Shown here: piece after piece, positions 9,143-18,274 of the stretch | How the letters are laid out: each line of letters opens with the position of its first letter | Numbering within the stretch: position 1 is the first letter of the stretch | Assembly: GCA_964439445.1 (NCBI GenBank) | Contig: CAYTOQ010000001.1 | Coordinates: 1 to 63,405, forward strand | Source of the DNA: an uncultured Clostridium sp. | GTDB taxonomy: Bacteria > Bacillota > Clostridia > Lachnospirales > Lachnospiraceae | Direction of reading: 5' to 3' | Length of the DNA stretch: 63,405 nt | The notes under the pieces: model-generated | Database searches by the model: none | What the model was told of the DNA's origin: nothing | The model's input: only the letters and a program-made list of their open reading frames with translations | Position numbers and translations under genes: made by a program

Positions 9143-9613
9143 TTAGTCATTATCTTCGAGGTCCTCTGGTAAGCCTGTTGCATAGACATCAATGCCTCTT
9201 GGTTTTACCGGTGTTGAGAATACAATTTGGGTCTCTGTTTTTCCGTATTTTTGCAACTGCCCGATAAAGGAGTCTAATTCCATTGTGCTTCGAAAAGCAA
9301 CTTTGATTAACATAGAGTAGGCACCTGTTACGCAATTGCATTCTAAAACATTGGGACAAGCTTCGATGTAAGGATAGAAGATTGGCTTTTGTTTTGGGTC
9401 TAAAGACATATTGATAAATGCAGTCACGTGATAATCGAGTGTGACAGGATCCACGGCAGCGTGATAGCCGGTGATGATGTTGGCCTTTTCTAAACGCTCA
9501 ATTCTGGCAGATACAGCAGGAGAAGATAAAAATACTTTGCTAGCCAAATGTTTTAATGGATATCTAGCATTCTCTTGCAACAAATGTAATATTTTTTTAT
9601 CGATACTATCCAT
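9143..9613 (-). CDS. Lrp/AsnC family transcriptional regulator
   Basis: The N-terminal HTH (DSIDKKILHLLQENARYPLKHLASKVFLSSPAVSARIERLE) is followed by an RAM/AsnC_trans_reg-like C-terminal domain. The ATG at 9613 has a GAGGGAG SD. Confidence 0.85.
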   Translation of the reverse strand: MDSIDKKILHLLQENARYPLKHLASKVFLSSPAVSARIERLEKANIITGYHAAVDPVTLDYHVTAFINMSLDPKQKPIFYPYIEACPNVLECNCVTGAYSMLIKVAFRSTMELDSFIGQLQKYGKTETQIVFSTPVKPRGIDVYATGLPEDLEDND

Positions 9614-9810
9614 AATAATCACTCCCTCTTTACTTAAATAACAATTATATTGTTTTTACTTAATTTTTTCAAGTGAGAAATGGAAATCTGATAGAAAAAA
9701 TTGAAAATTATAAGGTCGCGTGTTATGATAATAAAGTCTGTATAAAAATATACAGCTTGTTAATACAATAATATGTGAAAAAATATTTAAGTGATAATGG
9801 AGGAATTCGT

Positions 9811-10758
9811 ATGCAACCGATTAATCGTGGTTTGTTAAAAGATAATGCAAAGCTTGCATTAAAGAAAAATTTTTGGATCATTATGGCGGTAGTTATAGTT
9901 GGCTCTATTTTAGGATGTAACTGGAGTGGTATCGCAAGAAATAACGGTTCAGCTAATGTTAATGTGAATACTGGAACGGGTTCGACACAAAAGATGTTGA
10001 TGCAATTAGAGAATGTGATTAATCAAATTTCGGATAGCAATTTTACATATGATTATGATGAGAGCAAAACAGATGTAGATAATTTAGAGAGCTTTTATGC
10101 GGCATTTTTGGATTATTTTGATTTGACACATCAGGAGTTTATGAAGATGTTGCGAGGAGCAATTTTAATTATTTTAGTGATTGTGATTCTTATCAATATC
10201 ATACTATCGGTTATTCAGTTTGTGATAGGTTCTTTTTTATCGGCACCAATTGGGGTTGGTGTTAGCAATTTCTTTATGAGAAATCGTAAGGGGATTGGTC
10301 GTTTTACAGATATGTTTTCTGCATTTAATAAAGGGAAGTATATGAATACGGTAAAGGCGATGTTTTCTTCCAATATTCGTATGTTTGGTTGGAGCTTGTT
10401 GTTTTACTTTCCGGGTTTGGTGAAATATTATCAGATGTATTTTATGTCTTATATCATGGCTGAAAATCCAAGTATTACACCTGCCCGTGCAAGGGAAATT
10501 AGTTCCAAAATGACAGAAGGACATAAATGGCAAATTTTCGTATTAGAATTATCCTTCCTTGGTTGGATATTACTTGCCATGATGTTATTTTTAATCGTTG
10601 TAGTTTGTTCCTGTGGATTATTGACTTTGCCGGGTATGTTGCTTTTGTATCCGGTTAATGCGTATCAGTATGCAACCTTTGCGGAATTATATGCAGAGCG
10701 TAGAGAGTATGCGCTTGTGACAGGAATTGCATCAGAGCAGGAACTTAGCGGCTTTTAA
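9811..10758 (+). CDS. DUF975-family integral membrane protein
   Basis: The N-terminal INRGLLKDNAKLALKKNFW plus a multi-TM layout resembles DUF975. The ATG at 9811 has a GGAGG SD. Confidence 0.65.
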   Translation: MQPINRGLLKDNAKLALKKNFWIIMAVVIVGSILGCNWSGIARNNGSANVNVNTGTGSTQKMLMQLENVINQISDSNFTYDYDESKTDVDNLESFYAAFLDYFDLTHQEFMKMLRGAILIILVIVILINIILSVIQFVIGSFLSAPIGVGVSNFFMRNRKGIGRFTDMFSAFNKGKYMNTVKAMFSSNIRMFGWSLLFYFPGLVKYYQMYFMSYIMAENPSITPARAREISSKMTEGHKWQIFVLELSFLGWILLAMMLFLIVVVCSCGLLTLPGMLLLYPVNAYQYATFAELYAERREYALVTGIASEQELSGF

Positions 10759-10841
10759 AATGGATGCAATGTTGGAAATCCTTCTTTTGAAGCTGATATG
10801 TTAAATTTCGGGATTCTTGAATGAAATAGATAGGTAATGGT

Positions 10842-11576
10842 ATGAGTGAGTCGATTCGATTAAACAAATATATAAGTTCAACTGGATTTTGTTCCAGAAG
10901 AAAAGCGGATGAATGGATAGCAGCCGGTCGGGTTATGGTGAATGGTATTCCGGCAGATATGGGAATGCGCGTTATAGAGAGTGACGTGGTAACTGTGAAT
11001 GGAAAAGTAATTTGCAAAGAAGAACCATTTAAGCTAGTTGCGTTTTATAAACCAAAAGGATATGCCTGCACTTCGCACAGAGGTGATAAATCTGGTATTT
11101 TTCATAATTTTGATTTGGACACGGATTTGAAGTATATTGGTAGATTAGATAAGGATTCAGAAGGACTTTTGTTGCTTACCAATGATGGAGATTTGTGTAA
11201 TGAAGTATCGAAGGCACGTAACCAACACGAAAAAGAGTATGTGGTGACCGTGAATAGACCGATTACGGATGATTTTATAGAAGGGATGTCACAGGGAGTA
11301 CGAATTTACAATGCAGATAAGGACTCCTATGTGGTGACGAATCCGTGTAAGGTATATCCGCAAAATGATACTACATTTACGATTATTTTGACACAGGGTT
11401 TAAATCGGCAAATTCGTCGTATGTGTGAACATTTTGGATATAGAGTAAAGCGATTGCGCAGAATAAGAGTGATGAATATTACATTAATCGATATGCAGCC
11501 AGGCGAGATACGAGATGTATCCGAGGAGGAATATGCGAAGTTAAAGGAAATGATTGCGCAGGACAAAAAAGCGTAG
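10842..11576 (+). CDS. RsuA/RluF-family rRNA pseudouridine synthase with an S4 domain
   Basis: It has an S4 RNA-binding N-terminus (IRLNKYISSTGFCSRRKADEWI) and the catalytic motif GRLDKDSEGLLLLTNDG. Confidence 0.85.
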   Translation: MSESIRLNKYISSTGFCSRRKADEWIAAGRVMVNGIPADMGMRVIESDVVTVNGKVICKEEPFKLVAFYKPKGYACTSHRGDKSGIFHNFDLDTDLKYIGRLDKDSEGLLLLTNDGDLCNEVSKARNQHEKEYVVTVNRPITDDFIEGMSQGVRIYNADKDSYVVTNPCKVYPQNDTTFTIILTQGLNRQIRRMCEHFGYRVKRLRRIRVMNITLIDMQPGEIRDVSEEEYAKLKEMIAQDKKA

Positions 11577-11601
11577 TGAATATATGAAATGGGGAAGAGC
11601 T

Positions 11602-13581
11602 ATGGATAAAAAACAGCGATTGAAAGCATTAGTTGCTCTTTTAAATGAGGCATCAAAGGCATATTATCAGAAGGATATGGAAATTATGTCCAATTTAGAA
11701 TATGATAAATTATACGATGAATTGGTAGAATTAGAGAAGGAAACGGGGGTTGTGCTTGCTAACAGTCCGACGGTTAAGGTTGGTTATGAAGTGTTAAGTG
11801 AGTTGGAAAAACAGCCGCATCCATCGCCGATGCTTTCTTTAGACAAAACAAAGGATGTGGATGTACTGGTAAGCTGGCTTGGGTCACACGAAGGAGTATT
11901 GTCGTGGAAAGAAGACGGTCTTACGGTTGTCTTGACCTACGAAGATGGTGAATTAAAGAATGCAGTGACAAGGGGAAATGGTGAAATTGGAGAAGTAATT
12001 ACCAATAATGCCAAGACCTTTGTGAATTTACCAAAGCAAATACCGTATAAAGGGCGATTGGTTATTCGTGGTGAGGCGGTTATAAAGTATTCCGACTTTA
12101 ATCGTATGAATGATGAATTGGCGGAGACAGAGGAGAAGTACAAAAATCCAAGAAATCTTTGTTCCGGCTCTGTTCGTCAGTTGAATAATGAGATAACAGC
12201 AAAACGCTATGTACATTTTCTTGCATTTTCTATGGTAGAGGATGTGTTGGATGAAGAACAGATAAAAGAATATGGATTTGACAACACAATGATGAGTCGT
12301 TTTGCCTGGCTGAAGGAGCAGGGGTTTGATGTAGTAGAACATTTTCTTGTTACTGCTTCAAATGTAGCCGAGCAGGTCAATGATTTTGCGAAACGAATTC
12401 CGGAAAATGATGTTCCTTCTGATGGCTTAGTCTTAACCTTTAATGATATTGCATATGGAAAAAGTCTTGGTAGAACTGCAAAATTTCCGCGTGATGCCAT
12501 TGCATTTAAGTGGGCAGATGAATTGGCAGAGACTACGCTGTTGGATGTCGAGTGGTCACCGTCTAGAACGGGATTAATTAATCCTGTGGCAATTTTTGAG
12601 GCGGTAGAGCTAGAAGGAACTACTGTTAGTCGTGCAAGTCTTCATAATGTAAGTATATTGCGTGCGTTGGGGTTAGGTATTGGAGATCGTATTACCGTAT
12701 ATAAAGCCAATATGATTATTCCGCAGGTTGCAGAAAACCTTACGCGAAGTAATAATCTTGAATTACCAGCGTGTTGTCCGGCATGTAATGGAGAAACTAC
12801 ATTGCAGGATGTAAATGGTGTACAGTCCTTGTACTGTATGAATCCGATGTGTAGTGCGAAGCAGATTAAAGGGTTTTCTCACTTTGTATCGAGAAATGCT
12901 ATGAATATAGATGGTCTTTCTGATGCAACGCTGGAGAAATTTATTGAAAAAGGATATTTAAAGAGTTTGCCGGATTTGTTTCATTTAGAGCGTTATCGTG
13001 ACGATATCGTAACAATGGAAGGATTTGGTGAAAAGTCTTATAATAATTTGATTCAATCTATAGATATCGCAAGAACGGTTTCCATGGCGAAATTTATATA
13101 CAGTCTTGGAATCAGTGGAATTGGTTTGGCGAATGCGAAGGTTGTTGTGGCTCATTTTAAGCAGGATTTTGATGCGATTGTAAAAGCAGAGGTGGAAGAG
13201 CTAACAGCCATTGAGGGTATTGGTGATGTATTAGCCAAAGCTTTTTATGATTTCTTTCACAATGAGGAGCGCATGCGGGTGGTCCGTGCATTGCTTTCAG
13301 AGCTTACGTTTGAAAAGGAAGAGGCAAGTGGTGAGCAAACTTTAGAGAATAAGACCTTTGTGATTACTGGAAGTGTGGAACGATTTGCGAATCGTAATGA
13401 ATTAAAGGATTATATTGAAAAGTCAGGTGGTAAGGTAACTGGTTCTGTTTCGAAGAATACAGATTACTTAATCAACAATGATGTGAATTCTAACTCGTCA
13501 AAAAATAAAAAGGCAAGGGAGCTTAATGTTCCGATTCTTTCAGAGGAGGATTTTATCAAACTTTCTCAAGGAGAAAAATAA
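11602..13581 (+). CDS. ligA: NAD-dependent DNA ligase
   Basis: Recognisable elements are the Ia domain (YYQKD..MSNLEYDKLY), the adenylation KxDG motif in MLSLDKTKD, a Zn finger (CPACNGE...CMNPMC), HhH repeats, and a C-terminal BRCT (KTFVITGS). Confidence 0.95.
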   Translation: MDKKQRLKALVALLNEASKAYYQKDMEIMSNLEYDKLYDELVELEKETGVVLANSPTVKVGYEVLSELEKQPHPSPMLSLDKTKDVDVLVSWLGSHEGVLSWKEDGLTVVLTYEDGELKNAVTRGNGEIGEVITNNAKTFVNLPKQIPYKGRLVIRGEAVIKYSDFNRMNDELAETEEKYKNPRNLCSGSVRQLNNEITAKRYVHFLAFSMVEDVLDEEQIKEYGFDNTMMSRFAWLKEQGFDVVEHFLVTASNVAEQVNDFAKRIPENDVPSDGLVLTFNDIAYGKSLGRTAKFPRDAIAFKWADELAETTLLDVEWSPSRTGLINPVAIFEAVELEGTTVSRASLHNVSILRALGLGIGDRITVYKANMIIPQVAENLTRSNNLELPACCPACNGETTLQDVNGVQSLYCMNPMCSAKQIKGFSHFVSRNAMNIDGLSDATLEKFIEKGYLKSLPDLFHLERYRDDIVTMEGFGEKSYNNLIQSIDIARTVSMAKFIYSLGISGIGLANAKVVVAHFKQDFDAIVKAEVEELTAIEGIGDVLAKAFYDFFHNEERMRVVRALLSELTFEKEEASGEQTLENKTFVITGSVERFANRNELKDYIEKSGGKVTGSVSKNTDYLINNDVNSNSSKNKKARELNVPILSEEDFIKLSQGEK

Positions 13582-13648
13582 GAGGCTTATTCTGATTTTC
13601 ACAGGAGGCTCGTACAATATTTATAACAATAAGAAAAGAGGATGAAGT

Positions 13649-14554
13649 ATGCCAATTCGTATAGATAATGATTTACCAGTTAAGAAAATATTAGAAGAAG
13701 AGAATATATTTGTGATGGATGCGGATCGTGCAATGAGTCAGGATATCCGACCTTTAGAGGTGGTGATTTTAAATCTAATGCCATTAAAGGAGGATACGGA
13801 ACTACAGTTGTTGCGCAGTCTTGCCAATACACCGTTACAGGTGAATATTTCATTTATCCGAACGGGAAGCTATGAGTCAAAGAATGTAGCGAGAAAGCAT
13901 TTAGAGCGTTTTTATACAACCTTTGACGATATTAAGCATCGCCGTTTTGATGGAATGATTATTACCGGTGCACCGGTGGAAAAGCTAGAGTTTGAAGAGG
14001 TGGAGTATTGGAGCGAGTTAACAAAGATTATGGATTGGTCGGAGAAAAATGTCACCTCTACTTTACATATCTGTTGGGGAGCTCAGGCAGGGCTATATTA
14101 TCGATATGGTGTGAGAAAGTATGATTTGCCTAAGAAGCTATCGGGCATTTATGAACACTATCCAATTCACAAAAAAACACCATTGGTCCGTGGTTTTGAT
14201 GACACATTTTTTGTACCACAATCACGCTATACAGGGGTAAGTAAAGAGGATATTGTTGCCAATGATAAGCTAGAGATTGTGTCGGAAAGTGTTGTGACAG
14301 GTCCGTACTTGATTATTGCGGAAGAAGGAAAGAATATATTTGTGACGGGTCATCCCGAGTACGATACAATGACCTTGGATCAGGAATATAAGAGGGACTT
14401 GGATAAAGGAATTCAACCTGATATTCCATGTAATTATTATCCGGAGGATGATGCAACGAAGAAACCGGTGAAGTCGTGGAGATGTCATGCTAACACCTTG
14501 TATTTTAATTGGCTCAATTACTATGTATATCAGGTTACGCCATATGTGTTGTAA
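13649..14554 (+). CDS. metA: Homoserine O-acyltransferase (MetA family)
   Basis: MPIRIDNDLP, ILNLMP, the HICWGAQAGLY active-site Cys region, and GHPEYD are all present. Confidence 0.9.
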   Translation: MPIRIDNDLPVKKILEEENIFVMDADRAMSQDIRPLEVVILNLMPLKEDTELQLLRSLANTPLQVNISFIRTGSYESKNVARKHLERFYTTFDDIKHRRFDGMIITGAPVEKLEFEEVEYWSELTKIMDWSEKNVTSTLHICWGAQAGLYYRYGVRKYDLPKKLSGIYEHYPIHKKTPLVRGFDDTFFVPQSRYTGVSKEDIVANDKLEIVSESVVTGPYLIIAEEGKNIFVTGHPEYDTMTLDQEYKRDLDKGIQPDIPCNYYPEDDATKKPVKSWRCHANTLYFNWLNYYVYQVTPYVL

Positions 14555-14555
14555 A

Positions 14556-14590
14556 GGGGAAGCGAAAAGCTTCTTCTTTTTTTCTTGAAA
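14556..14590 (+). terminator. Probable rho-independent terminator after metA
   Basis: A GGGGAAGC-GAAA-GCTTCTTC stem-loop is followed by TTTTTTT. Confidence 0.55.
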
Positions 14591-14687
14591 AGGTTTTCAA
14601 ATGATGAATATTATTGTATAATATGGTAGTATTTTTGTGTCTCAATATAACGTAGATAAAACATTTAAACTGGGGGATATAGTTTTT

Positions 14688-16613
14688 ATGTGGTATGTAG
14701 TAGATTATGAGGTCTGCGCAGCAGTTTTTTTACTGGTATTAATATTGGTGACAGTATTTAAAAAGCGCTATGGCGATTATCAGTCCAAAATATATCAAGT
14801 ATATTTGGTGCTTATTTTTGTCAACCTGTGCTTAGATATTATTACCTGTTATACAATTACATATTATGAAACGGTTCCGTATTGGTTGAACTACATATTG
14901 AATGCCTTATTTTTAATGGGGCAGTTTATGATTCCTACCTTGCTGATGGTGTATGTTCATTTGAATGTTGTTAAGGTGTTTAATGTGAATGCACTAATGT
15001 GGAAATGGGCATTTTTTCCGCCGGTCTGGGGGTGCTTTTTGATCCTTACGAATTACTGGACAAAAGCAATCTTTTACTTTGATGAGTTGGGTTATCATCA
15101 TGGAAAGTACCATTGGTATCTTTATGGAAATGCGATTATTTGTGCAGTTGGTACGGTGTTATATGTGATTCGTGCGAAGGACTATTTGAAGAAAAGACAG
15201 TGTATTATGGTGTTTAATTTTATTGTGGCTGGGTTAGTACCTACCCTTGTTCAGTATTTTTATCCGAATTATATGTTGTCTGGTGTGGGCACGGCTTTGA
15301 CCGTTTTTATGATTTATTTGGGAAATGAGAATGAGATAGAGTATGTGGATCGGACTACAGGCGCATTGAACAGAGAGGCCTTGGTGTTCCATATGACAGA
15401 GTCCCGAACGAAAAAAAATCCTATGCAGATATTTGTGATTGCATTGGATAATTTTAAGATTGTCAATGAAATGTACGGTATGGAAGGTGGCAATCGGATT
15501 ATGCAGATGATGGTAGAAGCCTTGAAAGATATATATGATGAGTCTGCTGTTTTCCGACTTGGTGGGGATAATTTTGTTGTTGTAATTGAAGAGAAAACAG
15601 AAGGTGCAAAGGAATTAGACAGGATTCGTAAGGTGATTGGAAGAAAATGGATGATTGGAGATGAAGGTGTAGAGTTAAGTGCCTGTGTAGGTCTTGTGCA
15701 TTCGATCCATCACACGGAAGAGGATTTCTTCAATGCGATGGAGTATTCAATCGCTCAGGCAAAACAGATAGGTAAGGGACAGTTCTTTGAAGTTGGTGAG
15801 GATGATGTAAAGGATATGTCCCGGAAAGCTGCAATCGAACAGGCTTTGATGGAAGCTATCGAATCAGGTCATTTTGAAGTGCATTATCAACCGATTTATG
15901 ATTCACACAAGAAGACTTTTCATTCGATGGAAGCTTTGGCAAGATTACGTGTAGATGACTTTGGGTATGTTTCACCAGAAGAGTTTATTCGTATTGCAGA
16001 ACAGAATGGAACCATTGTTCAGATTGGCTTGCTGGTGCTTGAAGAGGTGTGCCAATTTATCAAACAATATAATCTTAAAGATAAAGGGATTGAGTTTGTA
16101 GAGGTGAATTTATCCACCGTACAATGTATGCAGGATACAATTTATGAAGATATTACTGAGGTGTTAGAGCGCTATTGTATTCCACCAGAGATGATTAATC
16201 TGGAAATCACAGAGAGTGCTGCGGCATATTCGGATGATTTATTGATTCGTAATATGGCACGTATTTCTTTGACCGATATTACATTTTCGTTGGATGATTA
16301 TGGTTCTGGTTATTCCAATGTCAATTATTTGGTTGATTTACCATTTTCTATGGTTAAGATTGACAAGTATCTTGTGTGGGCAGCTATGAAAAAGGTTACT
16401 TCTCGCAAGGTGTTGGAAAATATAATAAAAATGTTTAAAGCAATTGACTTGAAAGTGGTTGCGGAAGGCATTGAGGATATGGAAATGGCGCAGATGGTCA
16501 TAGATATGGGTGCAGATTATTTGCAGGGATATCATTTTTCAAAGCCTGTTGCCAAAGAGATGCTAGTGGAACGCTTGACAGACGAATACTTGTCTAAGGT
16601 TATGAATGCATAG
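14688..16613 (+). CDS. Membrane-bound degenerate-GGDEF / EAL protein (probable c-di-GMP phosphodiesterase)
   Basis: It has about 6-7 N-terminal TM helices. The GGDEF domain reads RLGGDNF, with Glu replaced by Asn. The EAL domain has intact EALARL, DDYGSGYS, KIDK, EGIE and QGYHFSKP. The ATG at 14688 is preferred over the GTG at 14637, which has no SD. Confidence 0.85.
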   Translation: MWYVVDYEVCAAVFLLVLILVTVFKKRYGDYQSKIYQVYLVLIFVNLCLDIITCYTITYYETVPYWLNYILNALFLMGQFMIPTLLMVYVHLNVVKVFNVNALMWKWAFFPPVWGCFLILTNYWTKAIFYFDELGYHHGKYHWYLYGNAIICAVGTVLYVIRAKDYLKKRQCIMVFNFIVAGLVPTLVQYFYPNYMLSGVGTALTVFMIYLGNENEIEYVDRTTGALNREALVFHMTESRTKKNPMQIFVIALDNFKIVNEMYGMEGGNRIMQMMVEALKDIYDESAVFRLGGDNFVVVIEEKTEGAKELDRIRKVIGRKWMIGDEGVELSACVGLVHSIHHTEEDFFNAMEYSIAQAKQIGKGQFFEVGEDDVKDMSRKAAIEQALMEAIESGHFEVHYQPIYDSHKKTFHSMEALARLRVDDFGYVSPEEFIRIAEQNGTIVQIGLLVLEEVCQFIKQYNLKDKGIEFVEVNLSTVQCMQDTIYEDITEVLERYCIPPEMINLEITESAAAYSDDLLIRNMARISLTDITFSLDDYGSGYSNVNYLVDLPFSMVKIDKYLVWAAMKKVTSRKVLENIIKMFKAIDLKVVAEGIEDMEMAQMVIDMGADYLQGYHFSKPVAKEMLVERLTDEYLSKVMNA

Positions 16614-16663
16614 AAGCTATTCATAGTAAAGGGCAAAGGATTGCAAAATGGAGGCATTATGGT

Positions 16664-17833
16664 ATGAAGAAAAAGGCAGGACTTACCATTCGAAAAAAGA
16701 TGTTTATTAGTTATATTTCGGTTACATTGTTATTGATTGCAACTGGAATAATTGGCATTTTTTATGTTGGAAGAGTGTATAACAATGGACGAGATATCTA
16801 TGAGAATAATATAAAAGCGGTAGAGTGTCTGAAATCCATTAGTGAGAATTTGAAAGAACTGGATAAATGTATCTTTCATTTGATTGTTGCGGAAAAGTGG
16901 CAGTATGAAGAGGAATGTGGTGATAAAATAGATGCTTTGATTGCTGATAATGTTTCTTTACTAGAGGCTTATTCTAAGTTCGAAATCACGGATAAAGAAA
17001 AGGAATTGTATGAGCAGGGAAAGGCTAGTGTGTTAGAATATCATGAGCAGGTTGATCGGCTTATCAAAGCTACTCAACTGGAAAATGAAGCAGACACCAT
17101 GAAGATGTATCAAGAAGATTTACTTCCGATTGCCAATAGCACGAACGAACTGATTGAAACTGCGGTAGATGTGGCAATCGACCAGGCAAAGCAGGCAAAT
17201 GCGGATAATCAAAATATATATAATGAAATAATATGGATTATCTGTTTTTTTATGTTGATAGCAGTTATAATCGCCATTATAATTTCGTATAGGATGAGTA
17301 GTTATATTTTATCGAAGCTTAAGTCGATTCAGATGATGGCGAAGAGAATGTCAGAATACAATGTTTCGGATGATATCGAAACATTTGAGAATGATGAGTT
17401 TGGCGCAACGGTTGAGGCATTGAACGAATCACAGTTTATGGTTCGGGAGTTGTTGGATAAAATTATCAGTGAGTCCGCTGTTATCAGTAATATGGGTGAA
17501 GAGGTTTCTTTAGCGGTGCGCAAGTCAGAACAGAGAATTGAATATGTAAATGTGCGCATATTAGAATATGAGAAGTTGGCAAATCAAGTAGAAGAGCATG
17601 TGAAAGAAGTAGTTCACGGACGTGATATGTCTGAGGAGGAAGAGAGGACCATAAACCAAATTCGTGATATGCTAGAGGAGGCAAAAGAGATTCGTGAGTC
17701 GGCAAGAAAGGAGCTTAGCAGCATTGCGACCTATCTAGAACAAATCGGAATTACATCGGATTATCAAAACGAGATTGCTAATAATCACAAAGAACAGGTT
17801 AAGAAATTTAAGGTAAAGGAAAGAGAGGATTAA
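16664..17833 (+). CDS. MCP-like sensor: 4-helix-bundle ligand-binding domain, TM2, HAMP and a short coiled coil, with no canonical signalling tip
   Basis: The layout is TM1 (ISYISVTLLLIATGIIGIFYV), an approximately 160-aa periplasmic helical domain, TM2, then a HAMP-like segment (SKLKSIQMMAKRMSEYNVSDDIE..FGATVEALN). The C-terminal approximately 130 aa is coiled coil and lacks the conserved MCP hairpin motif. Confidence 0.6.
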   Translation: MKKKAGLTIRKKMFISYISVTLLLIATGIIGIFYVGRVYNNGRDIYENNIKAVECLKSISENLKELDKCIFHLIVAEKWQYEEECGDKIDALIADNVSLLEAYSKFEITDKEKELYEQGKASVLEYHEQVDRLIKATQLENEADTMKMYQEDLLPIANSTNELIETAVDVAIDQAKQANADNQNIYNEIIWIICFFMLIAVIIAIIISYRMSSYILSKLKSIQMMAKRMSEYNVSDDIETFENDEFGATVEALNESQFMVRELLDKIISESAVISNMGEEVSLAVRKSEQRIEYVNVRILEYEKLANQVEEHVKEVVHGRDMSEEEERTINQIRDMLEEAKEIRESARKELSSIATYLEQIGITSDYQNEIANNHKEQVKKFKVKERED

Positions 17834-18274
17834 ATGATGCAGATGGAGCAGTTACAAAAAGATATGATTGCAGCAATGAAGGCGAAGGATAAGACTAGAA
17901 AGGATGCGATTTCTGCATTGATTTCAGCTATTAAGAAGGTAGCGATTGATGAAGGTTGCAGAGAGGATATTAAAGAAGAGCTTGTGAATAGGGTTATCCT
18001 TAAAGAATTGAAGACAGTTAAGGAACAGTTGGATAGTTGTCCTGCTGATCGTACAGATTTGTTGGAGGATTATCAGGCAAGATACGATATAATGAATGAA
18101 TACGCACCAGCTATGATGAGCGCGGAGGAAGTGAAAGCCTTTATTACAGAGAAGTTCGCAGAGGTTGTTGCTTCTAAGAATAAAGGCATGATTATGAAAA
18201 ATGTTATGCCTGAGTTAAAAGGCAAGGCGGATGGAAAGGTTATCAATGAGGTTGTGGGCGAGCTTTGCAAATAG
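17834..18274 (+). CDS. yqeY: GatB/YqeY domain-containing protein
   Basis: LQKDMIAAMKAKDKTRKDAISALISAIKK and the overall 146-aa size are typical of YqeY. Confidence 0.85.
   Translation: MMQMEQLQKDMIAAMKAKDKTRKDAISALISAIKKVAIDEGCREDIKEELVNRVILKELKTVKEQLDSCPADRTDLLEDYQARYDIMNEYAPAMMSAEEVKAFITEKFAEVVASKNKGMIMKNVMPELKGKADGKVINEVVGELCK

Noticed and set aside
13582-13648. SAM (S-box) or T-box leader upstream of metA; likewise 23371-23490 upstream of cysK
   Set aside because: The leaders are 67 and 120 nt. That is too short for these riboswitch classes. No terminator/antiterminator pair or conserved boxes are visible.
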